This document shows positions 27,090-35,733 of a stretch of DNA of 64,000 bases, piece after piece. The notes beneath the pieces were generated by a model. That model ran no database searches, was not told the origin of the DNA, and saw nothing but the letters and a program-made list of their open reading frames with translations. Origin of the DNA: a virus (Duplodnaviria; Caudoviricetes); IMG/VR virus record IMGVR_UViG_3300041413_000047, positions 1 through 64,000 of that record; one strand, written 5' to 3'. Positions within the stretch are counted from its first letter, which is position 1. Every line of letters starts with the position of its first letter. A program made the translations under genes and the position numbers.

Positions 27090-27940
27090 GCCGCACCCCC
27101 GAGCTCAATCGAGGACTGCACGTCGTAGTGCCGGCCGACCTCAGCCCACGCGGTGTCGAACAGGTCGAGGTCCCGGTGGGTGTAGACCGCGACGTCACGG
27201 TGCACGCCGTTGATCGGCCGCTTGATCTTCTGCGGGTCATTGCCGTACCGAGCCCGATACAGGGCGGCGACCGTCTTGCCGAGCCGCGTCCGCGCCGACG
27301 CCATGTCCGACGCAGCGATCCGCCCGCTCAAGAACTCGTCGCAGGTGATCGTGATGTCCGCAGGGTCGATGTCCGGCTCCTCGCCGTTCATCCGCGCCAG
27401 CTCGGTGCGCGCCATCGCCTCCACGTACGAGGAGTTGACGAGGCCGAACTGCTTCGCGACACCCATCGCAGACAACCGCTCACGGGCCAGCTGGGCTCGC
27501 TCCACTCCATCGAGCTGCGAGCGGAGAGACTCGACCTGCTCCAGAGACGCGGCCGGGTTGATCGCGCCGCCCTTGGTCCAGAAGTCGCGGAGCGCCCGGG
27601 CGCTCTTCCTCTGGTAGTCGACGACCAGCGGGCGGGCCGCCTCGGAGACCCTGTGCTCGTCGATGTTCGCGAGGAGCATCGACCAGGTGTCGAGGTTGAC
27701 CGCGGCCATCTCTCGGGCCTGGTCATCACCGGGGACCTGCACGGCCGTTACGACCGTGGAGCCCCAGGACTTGCGCTTCAGCTTCTTCAGCTGACTGTCC
27801 GCGTCGAGGCCCATCGCGGTGAGCGTCACGCGGATGAGGACGTGGGGTTCATCCTCGATGAGGACGGTTTCGATGAAGCCGTCCATGAACGGCACGCGGA
27901 CAATCTCCGCGGGTTGCCGGTCGGGCAGAATGGGAGCCAC
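27086..27940 (-). CDS. Phage antirepressor (P22AR N-terminal domain)
   Basis: VPFMDG...LGLDADSQLKKL...WSMLLANI...YQ...LRDFWTKGGAINP; GGAGG RBS. Confidence 0.8.
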   Translation of the reverse strand: MAPILPDRQPAEIVRVPFMDGFIETVLIEDEPHVLIRVTLTAMGLDADSQLKKLKRKSWGSTVVTAVQVPGDDQAREMAAVNLDTWSMLLANIDEHRVSEAARPLVVDYQRKSARALRDFWTKGGAINPAASLEQVESLRSQLDGVERAQLARERLSAMGVAKQFGLVNSSYVEAMARTELARMNGEEPDIDPADITITCDEFLSGRIAASDMASARTRLGKTVAALYRARYGNDPQKIKRPINGVHRDVAVYTHRDLDLFDTAWAEVGRHYDVQSSIELGGAA

Positions 27941-28032
27941 GTGGCTCCCTCCTCTCGTAGGTGGGATGGTGCTGCGTAGGGGTCGGTCCGGACGCGCATC
28001 CGGGGCGGCCCCGTCTTCGTGCGGGGGGAGCG

Positions 28033-28299
28033 TCAGCCCGTGGAGGCCAGCTCCTGCGAGTTCGAGGTCGACCAGGCGAGACCGTCCGTCGCGTTCGCCT
28101 CGTGCCAGGCCTGGCACTTCGCCAGGTCGTAGCGGCGCCCCTGGCCGGCGAACGGCTCCTCGGGCATGCCGGCCTTCAGCCACTGGGTGATCTGCCAGGT
28201 GGAGACGCCGTAGTACGTCTCGATCTCGCGCTGGTTCAGGAGGGGGACGAGGCCGGCCGGGAGGGGGACACGGCGCTCACGCTTCGCTCGCTGCTGCAT
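28033..28299 (-). CDS. MerR/Xis-like winged HTH (candidate excisionase)
   Basis: LNQREIETYYGVSTWQITQWLKAGMP...RYDL. Confidence 0.65.
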   Translation of the reverse strand: MQQRAKRERRVPLPAGLVPLLNQREIETYYGVSTWQITQWLKAGMPEEPFAGQGRRYDLAKCQAWHEANATDGLAWSTSNSQELASTG

Positions 28300-28609
28300 C
28301 AGGCTTGGACCTTTCTACTGTTGAAGTTGAATGTGGGGGCACGAAAAATGGGGGGTCGAAGAGGTCCTGGAGGGGGGCGTTCGTGCGCTCATGGAGTGCG
28401 GCGGCGACGACCCAGGCGGTGTACTCCTCGCAGCGTTCGCGGGCGCTCTTGCCGCGAGAGGTGAGGCGTCCGACGGTGGCGGCACTGATGCCTTTGCCGT
28501 CGGGGGCCACGTTCTTCGTCGCTTCGGCGAGTTCCTCGATGGTGAGGTCGGCTCGTTCCATGGCGTCTCTGAGTGGCTTGCCTTGGCCCTTGCGGTGGAG
28601 TTTCGGCAT
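28277..28609 (-). CDS. Cro-like HTH protein
   Basis: LTIEELAEAT...ISAATVGRL; first gene of leftward operon; GGGGA RBS. Confidence 0.75.
   Translation of the reverse strand: MPKLHRKGQGKPLRDAMERADLTIEELAEATKNVAPDGKGISAATVGRLTSRGKSARERCEEYTAWVVAAALHERTNAPLQDLFDPPFFVPPHSTSTVERSKPDAAASEA
28312..28331 (-). promoter_or_regulatory. Second copy of the immunity 20-mer, inside the cro 3' end
   Basis: TTTCTACTGTTGAAGTTGAA vs TTTCTACAGTTGAAGTTGAA at 28666. Confidence 0.7.
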
Positions 28610-28665
28610 GTGATCCCCGTGCCAGGTGGTGTGGGCTCCGCTCCGTTTTCTGGGGCGGTGAGACA

Positions 28666-28695
28666 TTTCTACAGTTGAAGTTGAAGTCCTGTCAA
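28666..28695 (-). promoter_or_regulatory. Leftward lytic promoter overlapping the 20-mer operator
   Basis: TTGACA-N18-TAGAAA on the minus strand. Confidence 0.75.
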
Positions 28696-28830
28696 CGCGA
28701 AGTGCGGGGAAGTTGCGAGAATCTTCGTGACAGCGGGCACTGATTCGAATGAACGTTCTAGGGTGGGTAGTGAAGCGCATATGCCACTGCGCGTGACGGG
28801 GAGGTTGCGCGCCGCATGGCTTTCCGCCAC

Positions 28831-28861
28831 GCTTCTACTTTCACTTGCTTAAAGTAGAAGC
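28831..28861. promoter_or_regulatory. Inverted-repeat operator before the repressor
   Basis: GCTTCTACTTT-N9-AAAGTAGAAGC. Confidence 0.7.
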
Positions 28862-28865
28862 CACG

Positions 28866-29249
28866 GTGCACTCTTGGCCCGTGGAGACCGAGGACACCCC
28901 CCCAGTCGAGGACTTCGCGCAGGTACTCGCTGCCCTGAAGGACGAATATCAGGTCAACGACACCCAGGTCGCGAACGCCGTTGGCGTCTCCTCTGCCGCC
29001 GTCGGCACCTGGGTGCACCGCAAGCGCAAGCCCCGCCGCGCCGCCGTCGTCGCCCTCGCCAAGGCCTATCCGAAGTTCACCGAAGAGCGCCTGTTCGCCG
29101 CCCTCGGGCGCGAGGCCCCCGGCCCGCTCGACACCGCCGGCGAGGAGGAACTCTTTGAGCTCTTCCGTGAACTGACCGCGGAGCAGCAGGAGATGAAGAA
29201 GATCGAGATGCGCGCGCTCGCCGAGCGCAACCGTTCGAAGTTCTCGTGA
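28866..29249 (+). CDS. Immunity repressor (XRE HTH); start uncertain (28866 or 28881)
   Basis: NDTQVANAVGVSSAAVGTWVHRKRKP; divergent from cro, upstream of int. Confidence 0.85.
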   Translation: MHSWPVETEDTPPVEDFAQVLAALKDEYQVNDTQVANAVGVSSAAVGTWVHRKRKPRRAAVVALAKAYPKFTEERLFAALGREAPGPLDTAGEEELFELFRELTAEQQEMKKIEMRALAERNRSKFS

Positions 29250-29410
29250 GTCTCCGTCAGGCGCTCTCCGTCACTGCGTGTGCCGTCTTATCAACAACAC
29301 GCTCAACAGTGGTCGCATAATCGCCCAGTTGGGGTACGGTCGTCCACACGGCCGATGCCCTCCCCCTTCGGCAGAACAGAGTCAGTCTGCCTGTGAAAAC
29401 GGGGGTTCCT

Positions 29411-29659
29411 ATGTGCGTCCGCATCCGATTCGACTCCTGCGTGCAGCCCCCCATCTACGACGCTGACGCCGGCGTCATCACCCTCCCCGCCGACCTCGAT
29501 TGCGCACACGCTGTCACTGCGCTCCGGGCCGTTCTGTCCAAACTTCGCGTGCAGCAGCCCAAGTTGGGTGCAGTCTGCTGGTGCGGGGAGCCGGTGACGT
29601 TGCTCCCTCGCGTACCAGAGCAGCGAAGGAGTGGACAGGTGATCAAGCATGGCGCGTAG
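29411..29659 (+). CDS. Small Cys-containing protein between repressor and integrase
   Basis: GGGGG RBS; CWCGE; overlaps int start. Confidence 0.6.
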   Translation: MCVRIRFDSCVQPPIYDADAGVITLPADLDCAHAVTALRAVLSKLRVQQPKLGAVCWCGEPVTLLPRVPEQRRSGQVIKHGA

Positions 29660-30947
29660 CGCGGGGAAGAACCCCCGTCAGATGCCCAGCAAAACGTGCG
29701 GCTGCCCCCGGTGTCTCGCCGAGTACCCGCCATCGGAGGGGTACAGCGAGCGCAAGGCGCGGCGCGACTGTCAGGGCCGGTGGCAGGCTCGCTACCGGGA
29801 CCCCGAGGGAAGGCTGTGCGGGCCGCGCTTCGACTCGCAGAAGGAAGCGCAGGCCCACCTCGACAAGGTCCGCACCCAAGTCCGTGAGGGTACCTATCAG
29901 GACCCGACGCGCGGGTCCATCACCGTGAACGCGTGGTGGGAGATCTGGTGGCCCACGACGAAGAAGAAGGCCGTCACGACGACGAACCGGAAGCTCACCT
30001 CGTGGAGTGTCCACATTCAACCGAAGTGGGGGAAGCGGAAGCTCAACACGATCACGTGGCTTCAGGTGCAGGACTGGATCACCAACGAGGTGAAGGGCCG
30101 TGAGACGCAGCGCAAGGTGCTCGAGCTGTTCCGGCACATGATGACCGCCGCGTTGCGGGACCGCCGCATCACCATCAACCCGACCCTCGACATCGAGATC
30201 GAAGCCCCGAAGGGCAAGCACCCCGACGAGCTGATTCCGCCCACGCGCGAGCAGGCCGCCCTGATCCGTCAGCACCTCGCCGAGTACTACCGCCCGGTGA
30301 TGGTGTTCGCGGAGGAGACGGGCATGCGGTGGGGGGAGTACACGGCGCTGCGCCTGTGCAACGTGGATCTCGACGCTGCAACGGTGAAGGTAAAGGAAGT
30401 TCTCATCGACGACCGCGGGAAGATCAGGCGGAAGGCTGCGCCGAAGTCGAAGGCCGGTTTCCGGACCGTGCCGCTCACGCCGGCCGCGGTCGAGGCGGTC
30501 AAGGTGATGGTGGAGAAGTGGCATCCGGCGGCGACGGAGTCGGCGATCGAGGACGGGATGCATCCGGAAGAGCTGGTCTTCCGTAGTCCGATGTCCGGTT
30601 CTCAGAGGAAGAACAAGGACGGCGAGAAGGTCGACCTGGAGGGGGCGCTGAGGCGTTCGATCTTCCGTCGGTACTGGATTCCTGCGATCAAAGCTGCTGG
30701 TCTGGCGCGCCTCGTGAAGGATCCGGAGTCGGGTCGTACGGAGTACTGGCCGCGGGTGCACGATCTGCGGCACGTCTTCGCGACGCGACTGAAGGATGCT
30801 GGCGTCCCGGAGAAGGACGTCCAGGTAATCATGGGTCATGAGCGGGGTGGTCGGGTGACGTGGCTGTATCAGCATGCGGGGCCGGAGTTGGTGGAGGAGG
30901 TGCGGTCTGCGCTGGTCAGCGGGCGGCATCTGCGGGCCGTGTCGTGA
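29649..30947 (+). CDS. int: Tyrosine integrase
   Basis: TGMRWGE, HDLRH, MGH...VTWLYQH; N-terminal Cys cluster. Confidence 0.95.
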   Translation: MARSAGKNPRQMPSKTCGCPRCLAEYPPSEGYSERKARRDCQGRWQARYRDPEGRLCGPRFDSQKEAQAHLDKVRTQVREGTYQDPTRGSITVNAWWEIWWPTTKKKAVTTTNRKLTSWSVHIQPKWGKRKLNTITWLQVQDWITNEVKGRETQRKVLELFRHMMTAALRDRRITINPTLDIEIEAPKGKHPDELIPPTREQAALIRQHLAEYYRPVMVFAEETGMRWGEYTALRLCNVDLDAATVKVKEVLIDDRGKIRRKAAPKSKAGFRTVPLTPAAVEAVKVMVEKWHPAATESAIEDGMHPEELVFRSPMSGSQRKNKDGEKVDLEGALRRSIFRRYWIPAIKAAGLARLVKDPESGRTEYWPRVHDLRHVFATRLKDAGVPEKDVQVIMGHERGGRVTWLYQHAGPELVEEVRSALVSGRHLRAVS

Positions 30948-30952
30948 CGTGC

Positions 30953-30983
30953 GCGGCCACGGCGGGGCCACATCGGGGCCACA
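30953..30983 (+). repeat. Integrase arm-type sites, left
   Basis: G(C/G)GGCCAC repeated at 11-bp period (30953, 30964, 30975). Confidence 0.7.
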
Positions 30984-31096
30984 AACCCCCCTCGTACGTC
31001 CTCGAAAGTTCTGAGCACTTCCCGTTGTCGCAGGTCAGAGAGCTTCTCGTCACTTCGCGAAACTTCACGCACGTCCCTGACCTGCATTTACGGTCT

Positions 31097-31139
31097 CTTA
31101 CAAGGCGGATGTCGGCGGTTCGAAACCGTCCGCGCCCAC
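31097..31139 (+). other. attP core = 3' half of tRNA-Val(TAC)
   Basis: CTTACAA anticodon loop, GGCGG 3' stem, T-arm GGCGG-TTCGAAA-CCGTC, acceptor CGCGCCC-A; no 5' half present. Confidence 0.9.
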
Positions 31140-31169
31140 AGGACTAGCGTGCAGGTGAGCGCCTAGTTA

Positions 31170-31199
31170 GGCCCCCCGTCCATGATCGGACGGGGGGCC
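31170..31199 (+). terminator. Hairpin after att core (replacement tRNA terminator)
   Basis: 12-bp stem GGCCCCCCGTCC/GGACGGGGGGCC. Confidence 0.75.
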
Positions 31200-31211
31200 A
31201 TTTCCATGATC

Positions 31212-31231
31212 GGGGCCACATCGCGGCCACA
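31212..31231 (+). repeat. Integrase arm-type sites, right
   Basis: GGGGCCACA and GCGGCCACA at 11-bp spacing. Confidence 0.7.
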
Positions 31232-31405
31232 TTCCCACAGGCGGGACTCTTTGGCGATCACTCGTTTGGGGGACTGGACTATGTTCAAACGCCACGTAGA
31301 GTGGCGCGAACGAGAGGGGCAGGTGCGTCTCCCCACGCGCGCCTGAGACGTGCCTCTCGTCATCTGCACGGTGCTCGGCGGGGAGGCCGGCCCGGGGCAG
31401 GCAGA

Positions 31406-31438
31406 AAGGCCCCCATCGTCTATGTCGATGGGGGCCTT
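31406..31438. terminator. Bidirectional terminator-like hairpin
   Basis: 13-bp stem AAGGCCCCCATCG/CGATGGGGGCCTT. Confidence 0.7.
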
Positions 31439-31629
31439 CTGGCGTCAAACGTAGACCGCCCCGAGAGCGTAAGCCCTCGGGGCGGGACGCATTGACCAAG
31501 TCGCAGCGTCTAACGGCCGAATGAGGCGGAGACGTGTACGCCCAACCGGCCGCTGGGGGTGTCACCGCAGTTCGCTGTGCGCGAAGTCGTGGTGACCGTT
31601 CTTCGATACCCCGGAGCAAGATCCTTAAA

Positions 31630-31647
31630 TTTGCCTGGCCAGGCAAA
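31630..31647. promoter_or_regulatory. 18-bp perfect palindrome, candidate operator
   Basis: TTTGCCTGGCCAGGCAAA upstream of an XRE gene. Confidence 0.7.
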
Positions 31648-31680
31648 GACATCAGAGCATGATCGCTTCAGCGTGGTCGG

Positions 31681-31914
31681 GTGCCTCTCGACCCCATGCC
31701 CGACTGGGTCCCCGCCCGCCGCCGGGAGATCGGGGAGCGCCTCCGTGATGCACGCCATGAGGCCGGGCTCACTCAGCTTCAGCTCGGCGAACGTGTCGGC
31801 CGCGACCATCGAACGATCCACCGGTGGGAGTACGCGCAGCGCATCCCCGACCTGAACGACTTGCTCCTGCTCGCCGACGCCCTGGGTGTCCCCCTCGCCG
31901 ACTTGGTCCGGTGA
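31681..31914 (+). CDS. XRE-family HTH protein
   Basis: GLTQLQLGERVGRDHRTIHRWEY. Confidence 0.85.
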   Translation: MPLDPMPDWVPARRREIGERLRDARHEAGLTQLQLGERVGRDHRTIHRWEYAQRIPDLNDLLLLADALGVPLADLVR

Positions 31915-32093
31915 CCCGCCGCAGCATCGGGGACGCGCTGCGACGGGCCGCCACGGCCGCCCCGCACGGGGCGTCGGAGACGGCCGGCTTCATCCCGCTG
32001 CCGGCGCGGTCGGCGCGAACCGGCAGCGGGGGCCTCAACGGGACGGCCCCAACCCCCCGACCGCCGGCACAGCAACGCAGCGGCCGGGGGAGC

Positions 32094-32252
32094 TCAATGA
32101 CGTATCCCCGACGGGTACGTCTGGGTGGGCGGCTTCTGGCACAGTACGGCGTGCAGGGTCACGGTCCCACCGGCCGCCGACGCCGAATCCTTCGGAACCG
32201 TCACCGTCTCCTGGCCGCGCCGAATCGGCTGACCGCAGCGGTCGCACATCAC
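32094..32252 (-). CDS. Small Zn-binding protein
   Basis: CDRC...H...C; coupled. Confidence 0.55.
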   Translation of the reverse strand: MMCDRCGQPIRRGQETVTVPKDSASAAGGTVTLHAVLCQKPPTQTYPSGIRH

Positions 32253-32425
32253 GGGCGGGCCTCCCTCTGCGGCCTCGACCATTCTTGCCACAGTCGGCGC
32301 GCCTCAGGGCATGGCTGGCTGGTGTCGGCGTTGCACGGCTCGCAGCGGGTGCAGTGGTTCATCAGCGCCAAGAGCCTGCTGCGGCTGTCCGTGCGGACGA
32401 GGACGGTGCGTACGTCTCGGGTCAC
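32249..32425 (-). CDS. Small Zn-binding protein
   Basis: HCTRCEPC...C; coupled. Confidence 0.55.
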   Translation of the reverse strand: MTRDVRTVLVRTDSRSRLLALMNHCTRCEPCNADTSQPCPEARRLWQEWSRPQREARP

Positions 32426-32754
32426 CGTGACGCCTCCAGCTCGAGGTGGCGGAGGGCGCGCGCCGTCTCGCATCCGGCGGGCCCGTCAACGCACTGCTCG
32501 CAGGTCGCGGCGTGCTGCGCGAGGGCGGCCGGGATGCGCTCGGCCGTGCACGGCCCGCAGGCGCGCGGGGAGACGGTGATGTGCCCGTCGGAGAGACTGA
32601 TGCGGCGCTGCCCGAGGTCGACAGCCGTGTCCGTGCTGATGGGTGTACGGCACCACACGCAGGCGGTGCCCTTGAACTGGACGTCCGTCATGTCGCCGTG
32701 GGGTGGCACCGGGAGTAGATCTCCCGGCCTGTGTGTGCTGGCTTTACTGGGCAT
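32422..32754 (-). CDS. Cys-rich Zn-binding protein
   Basis: CVWC...CGPC...H..TCEQC...C; GGGAGA RBS. Confidence 0.6.
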   Translation of the reverse strand: MPSKASTHRPGDLLPVPPHGDMTDVQFKGTACVWCRTPISTDTAVDLGQRRISLSDGHITVSPRACGPCTAERIPAALAQHAATCEQCVDGPAGCETARALRHLELEASR

Positions 32755-32862
32755 AGCTGTCTCTCTCCCCGACCCGACTCGGTGTGATCGAGACAACATC
32801 GTGGACAGTCGGACAATCCCATCCGATACACACCGCGTATCACTGCGGCGTATCGTCCCCGT

Positions 32863-33909
32863 ATGAGCGGTCAGCAACCCTGGGCAGACGTCCGACTACG
32901 CGCCGCATGGGCGCGCCAGGACTGGGCTGCCATCCTTCGCGAATACAGGCGCGCCACCGGCCTGTCCCAGCGAGGACTCGAACCCCTCATCGGGGTACCG
33001 CAGCCCTACATCTCCGCGATCGAGTCGGGTCGAAAGCGCGTCACGTCAGCCGAGCTGATCGCCCGCATGACTGAAGGGCTGAACGTGCCAGCAGAACTCA
33101 CCGGGATACGCCTACAGCGCGAGCCGGACGAGTGGGCGCCCTCCACCGAACTGCGTGAACGCCTCGCCCACGCCCACCAGCGGGGCCGCACAGACCTGCG
33201 CACAGCCGACTGGATCGGCGTCGTCCTCTCCCAGCACCGGCGCGCCGAAGACGAAGTCGGCGGCCTCGACCTGTGGCCCATCGTCCGCGCCCAACTCGAC
33301 CAAGTCACCGCGCTCATCCCCGGCACCAGCGGCCCGGCCGCCGACCGGCTCCTCCTCCTCGCCGCCGAACACGCGCACTGGCTGTCCTGGGTGGCCTGGC
33401 AGGAAGAGAAACGCGGGCCGGCACTCGCCTGGATCGACCTCGCCCACGGCTGGGCTGTCGACGGCGGACACCCCGACATGGCGTCGTGGACGCAGCGGGT
33501 GCGCGCGCACTACTCGCTCGAGCACGGCGACCCCGTCCGTGCGCTGCGTACGGCGGAAGGCGCCCGCTTCGCCGGACCCCGCCCACTGTCCCCAGCCGCC
33601 GAAGCCGTGGCGGTGCACCAGGAGGCGATGGCTGCGGCGAGGCTCGGGGAGCGGGACCGGGCGGTACGGCTCGCGGATGAGGCGCACGGTCTGGCGTTGC
33701 GGGCTCCGGATGAGGAGGAGCGGCCGGGCTGGCTGTACTGGCTGAATGCGGCGCGCGCCCGGTTGCAGGTGGCGGATGCGGCGTACGCGTGCCAGCGGTG
33801 GCGGGACGCGGCGGACGGCTTCCGGGAAGCACTGCCTGCGCTGGCCGGGTATCCGCGAGATCACGCCTACTACCGGGCGCGGATGGAGGATGCGGAGCGG
33901 CGCGCCTAG
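32863..33909 (+). CDS. XRE-HTH plus helical-repeat (TPR-like) regulator
   Basis: GLSQRGLEPLIGVPQPYISAIESG; Ala/Leu-rich repeats. Confidence 0.8.
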   Translation: MSGQQPWADVRLRAAWARQDWAAILREYRRATGLSQRGLEPLIGVPQPYISAIESGRKRVTSAELIARMTEGLNVPAELTGIRLQREPDEWAPSTELRERLAHAHQRGRTDLRTADWIGVVLSQHRRAEDEVGGLDLWPIVRAQLDQVTALIPGTSGPAADRLLLLAAEHAHWLSWVAWQEEKRGPALAWIDLAHGWAVDGGHPDMASWTQRVRAHYSLEHGDPVRALRTAEGARFAGPRPLSPAAEAVAVHQEAMAAARLGERDRAVRLADEAHGLALRAPDEEERPGWLYWLNAARARLQVADAAYACQRWRDAADGFREALPALAGYPRDHAYYRARMEDAERRA

Positions 33910-34112
33910 TTGAGGAAGCGGATCGCGATGGGTTCGGCTCCGTCGAGCATGTCGCGCAGCGCGTTCTTCACGTCGGGGATCGCAGGCCCGTAGCTCGGGT
34001 CGGCCGGTGCCGGCAGGTCGATGATGTCCTCGCGTTTCTCGAGGTCGGCGGGTTCGTAGTCGTCGGGGCCGACACCGTCGGGCAGGACCATGTAGGCGAC
34101 GCGGTATTCCAT
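33906..34112 (-). CDS. Small acidic hypothetical protein
   Basis: 68 aa; convergent overlap with XRE-TPR gene. Confidence 0.6.
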   Translation of the reverse strand: MEYRVAYMVLPDGVGPDDYEPADLEKREDIIDLPAPADPSYGPAIPDVKNALRDMLDGAEPIAIRFLN

Positions 34113-34133
34113 GATCTACTCCCGGCAGTAGGG

Positions 34134-34160
34134 CGCCCCGGGCGTTCGGGGCCCGGGGCG
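34134..34160. terminator. Intergenic hairpin
   Basis: 10-bp stem CGCCCCGGGC/GCCCGGGGCG. Confidence 0.5.
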
Positions 34161-34258
34161 ACAGAGGCAGCATAGCCGGACTCGGCGGCGTCGGGGAGGA
34201 CAGCAGATTGGCCACATCGCCGTGCGTTTCCGGGCCGTCGAATCGATATCCTGGCTGC

Positions 34259-34441
34259 ATGCCCCCCGACTCTGGCCCTGGTTCTGCGCGCCCTGCTGCC
34301 GTCGTGAATGCCGAGATCCGTGCGCTGTGGCTGCGGGCGGGCGGCAGGCTGTCGGAGGTGGAGCGGGCGGTGTACGCGCAGCTGGTCGTGGAGTGGGCGG
34401 CGGCGGTACGGGTGGAGACGGTGGGGGTAGACGCGGCGTGA
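34259..34441 (+). CDS. Small hypothetical protein
   Basis: AAVVNAEIRALW...Y..LV.EWAAA; followed by terminator. Confidence 0.55.
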   Translation: MPPDSGPGSARPAAVVNAEIRALWLRAGGRLSEVERAVYAQLVVEWAAAVRVETVGVDAA

Positions 34442-34445
34442 CGCG

Positions 34446-34478
34446 CCGAAGCCCCGCGCGGCGGCGGGGCTTCGGTTT
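34446..34478 (+). terminator. Intrinsic terminator
   Basis: 12-bp stem CCGAAGCCCCGC/GCGGGGCTTCGG then TTT. Confidence 0.7.
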
Positions 34479-34641
34479 CCTGCGGGCGGGGGCCAGAGTC
34501 CGCGTTCAGGCCGTGCTGCGGCAGCCTCGCCGGGTTCCGCCCCGTAGGGCTGGTCCGGCTCCCATCTCTGGGCACCCCTGCTATTTATGTGGGAGTCCTG
34601 CGGCGCGTACGCCTGCGTAGAGTGTAGCGCTGGCGCCCCGG

Positions 34642-34869
34642 CTACTTGCGGCGCGCGTTGTGCTCGTCTGCCTCGTCGGCGTTCCGGTACAGCCGGTCGG
34701 CCAGGTGACGCGCCATGTCTGCGGAGAGCGTCACTTCGATGGGGCGCCCCGCCTGCGCTTCCGGGGCGTCCACGGTGAGGAAGATGGTCACGCGGTGCTC
34801 GCCGCCCGGGACCATGCGGGTCTTCATCCGTCGCCATGATGCGGTCCATGTGGCCTTGCGCATGCTCAC
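34642..34869 (-). CDS. Hypothetical protein
   Basis: GTGA coupling. Confidence 0.6.
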   Translation of the reverse strand: MSMRKATWTASWRRMKTRMVPGGEHRVTIFLTVDAPEAQAGRPIEVTLSADMARHLADRLYRNADEADEHNARRK

Positions 34870-35330
34870 TTGCCGTCCGCCTTGTTGAGCGCTGCCGCCT
34901 TCGTGTCGGCTTCCTCGCGGCTCGTGCGCGTGCCGACGTCAAGGTCCGTCCGGGTGTCGCGGATCGCGAAGTAGTTCGGCCCCAGCTCCACCACCACGTA
35001 GCGCTTGTTCAGGCGGCCACGAAGCCACGTGTGCGGGTCGACCAAGAAGCGGGATGCCTCCGGGGTCTCCTGCGGTTCCGGGCGCTTCCAGCCGCCGTGC
35101 TCGTTCTTCTCCGGCAGTTCGTAGCCCTCCGGCAGACCGACCTGCCACGGCTTCTCACCGGAGCCCTTGCAGATGGGTCCGTGAGGGTCTTGCGGAAGGG
35201 ATCCCGTCGATCCGATCCGCCCCGCGTCCACGGCCTCGCGGTGCTTGCGCATGGTGCCGTCTTGGCGGAGCTTGCCCGCCCACTTGCAGCGGGGGCACGT
35301 GTCGTATCCGTCATCGGCGGTCGCGGTCAT
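34866..35330 (-). CDS. Hypothetical protein with Zn ribbon
   Basis: CPRC...H...CKGS; GGAGA RBS. Confidence 0.65.
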   Translation of the reverse strand: MTATADDGYDTCPRCKWAGKLRQDGTMRKHREAVDAGRIGSTGSLPQDPHGPICKGSGEKPWQVGLPEGYELPEKNEHGGWKRPEPQETPEASRFLVDPHTWLRGRLNKRYVVVELGPNYFAIRDTRTDLDVGTRTSREEADTKAAALNKADGK

Positions 35331-35342
35331 TTCGTTCTCCGT

Positions 35343-35732
35343 TCAGGCGGCTTGGGTGTAGAGGCGGCGGGCCATGGCGGCGAAGAACCGCTCACCCTCG
35401 CCGACGTTGGTGATCTCGGCGTCGACCATCTCGCCCAGCAGGTTGCACAGTTGCCACGGCGTCAGGCCGTTGCAGTGGGCGACGAGGACCGCGTCAGCGC
35501 GACCGCCGAGGATGTGCTTCTCGTAGGAGCACAGGGCGGGGAAAGCGGCGCGGAACAGGTCGGTGCGGGCTTCGCCGTACATGCCGTTGTAGTGGGTGGC
35601 CTCGGCGATGCAGTCGAGGATCATGCGGTGCATGTCGCTGCCCTTGAAGACGCGGCTGCCCCAACGGCGGGTACGGGTGCCGATACCGAGGTTCTTCCGC
35701 ATGTCCTTCGCGAACTGCTGGCCCTTGGTCAT
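35343..35732 (-). CDS. Hypothetical protein
   Basis: 129 aa in the same operon. Confidence 0.65.
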   Translation of the reverse strand: MTKGQQFAKDMRKNLGIGTRTRRWGSRVFKGSDMHRMILDCIAEATHYNGMYGEARTDLFRAAFPALCSYEKHILGGRADAVLVAHCNGLTPWQLCNLLGEMVDAEITNVGEGERFFAAMARRLYTQAA

Positions 35733-35733
35733 G

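Noticed and set aside
28033-28299. Terminase small subunit (Nu1-like HTH)
   Set aside because: Located in the early operon after cro; the small terminase is more likely beyond 64000
31097-31139. Functional tRNA-Val gene
   Set aside because: Only the 3' half is present and the upstream bases cannot pair the anticodon stem; it is an att core
32863-34441. Arbitrium-like AimR/AimP system
   Set aside because: HTH-TPR architecture is suggestive, but no adjacent ORF has a secretion signal or pro-peptide layout
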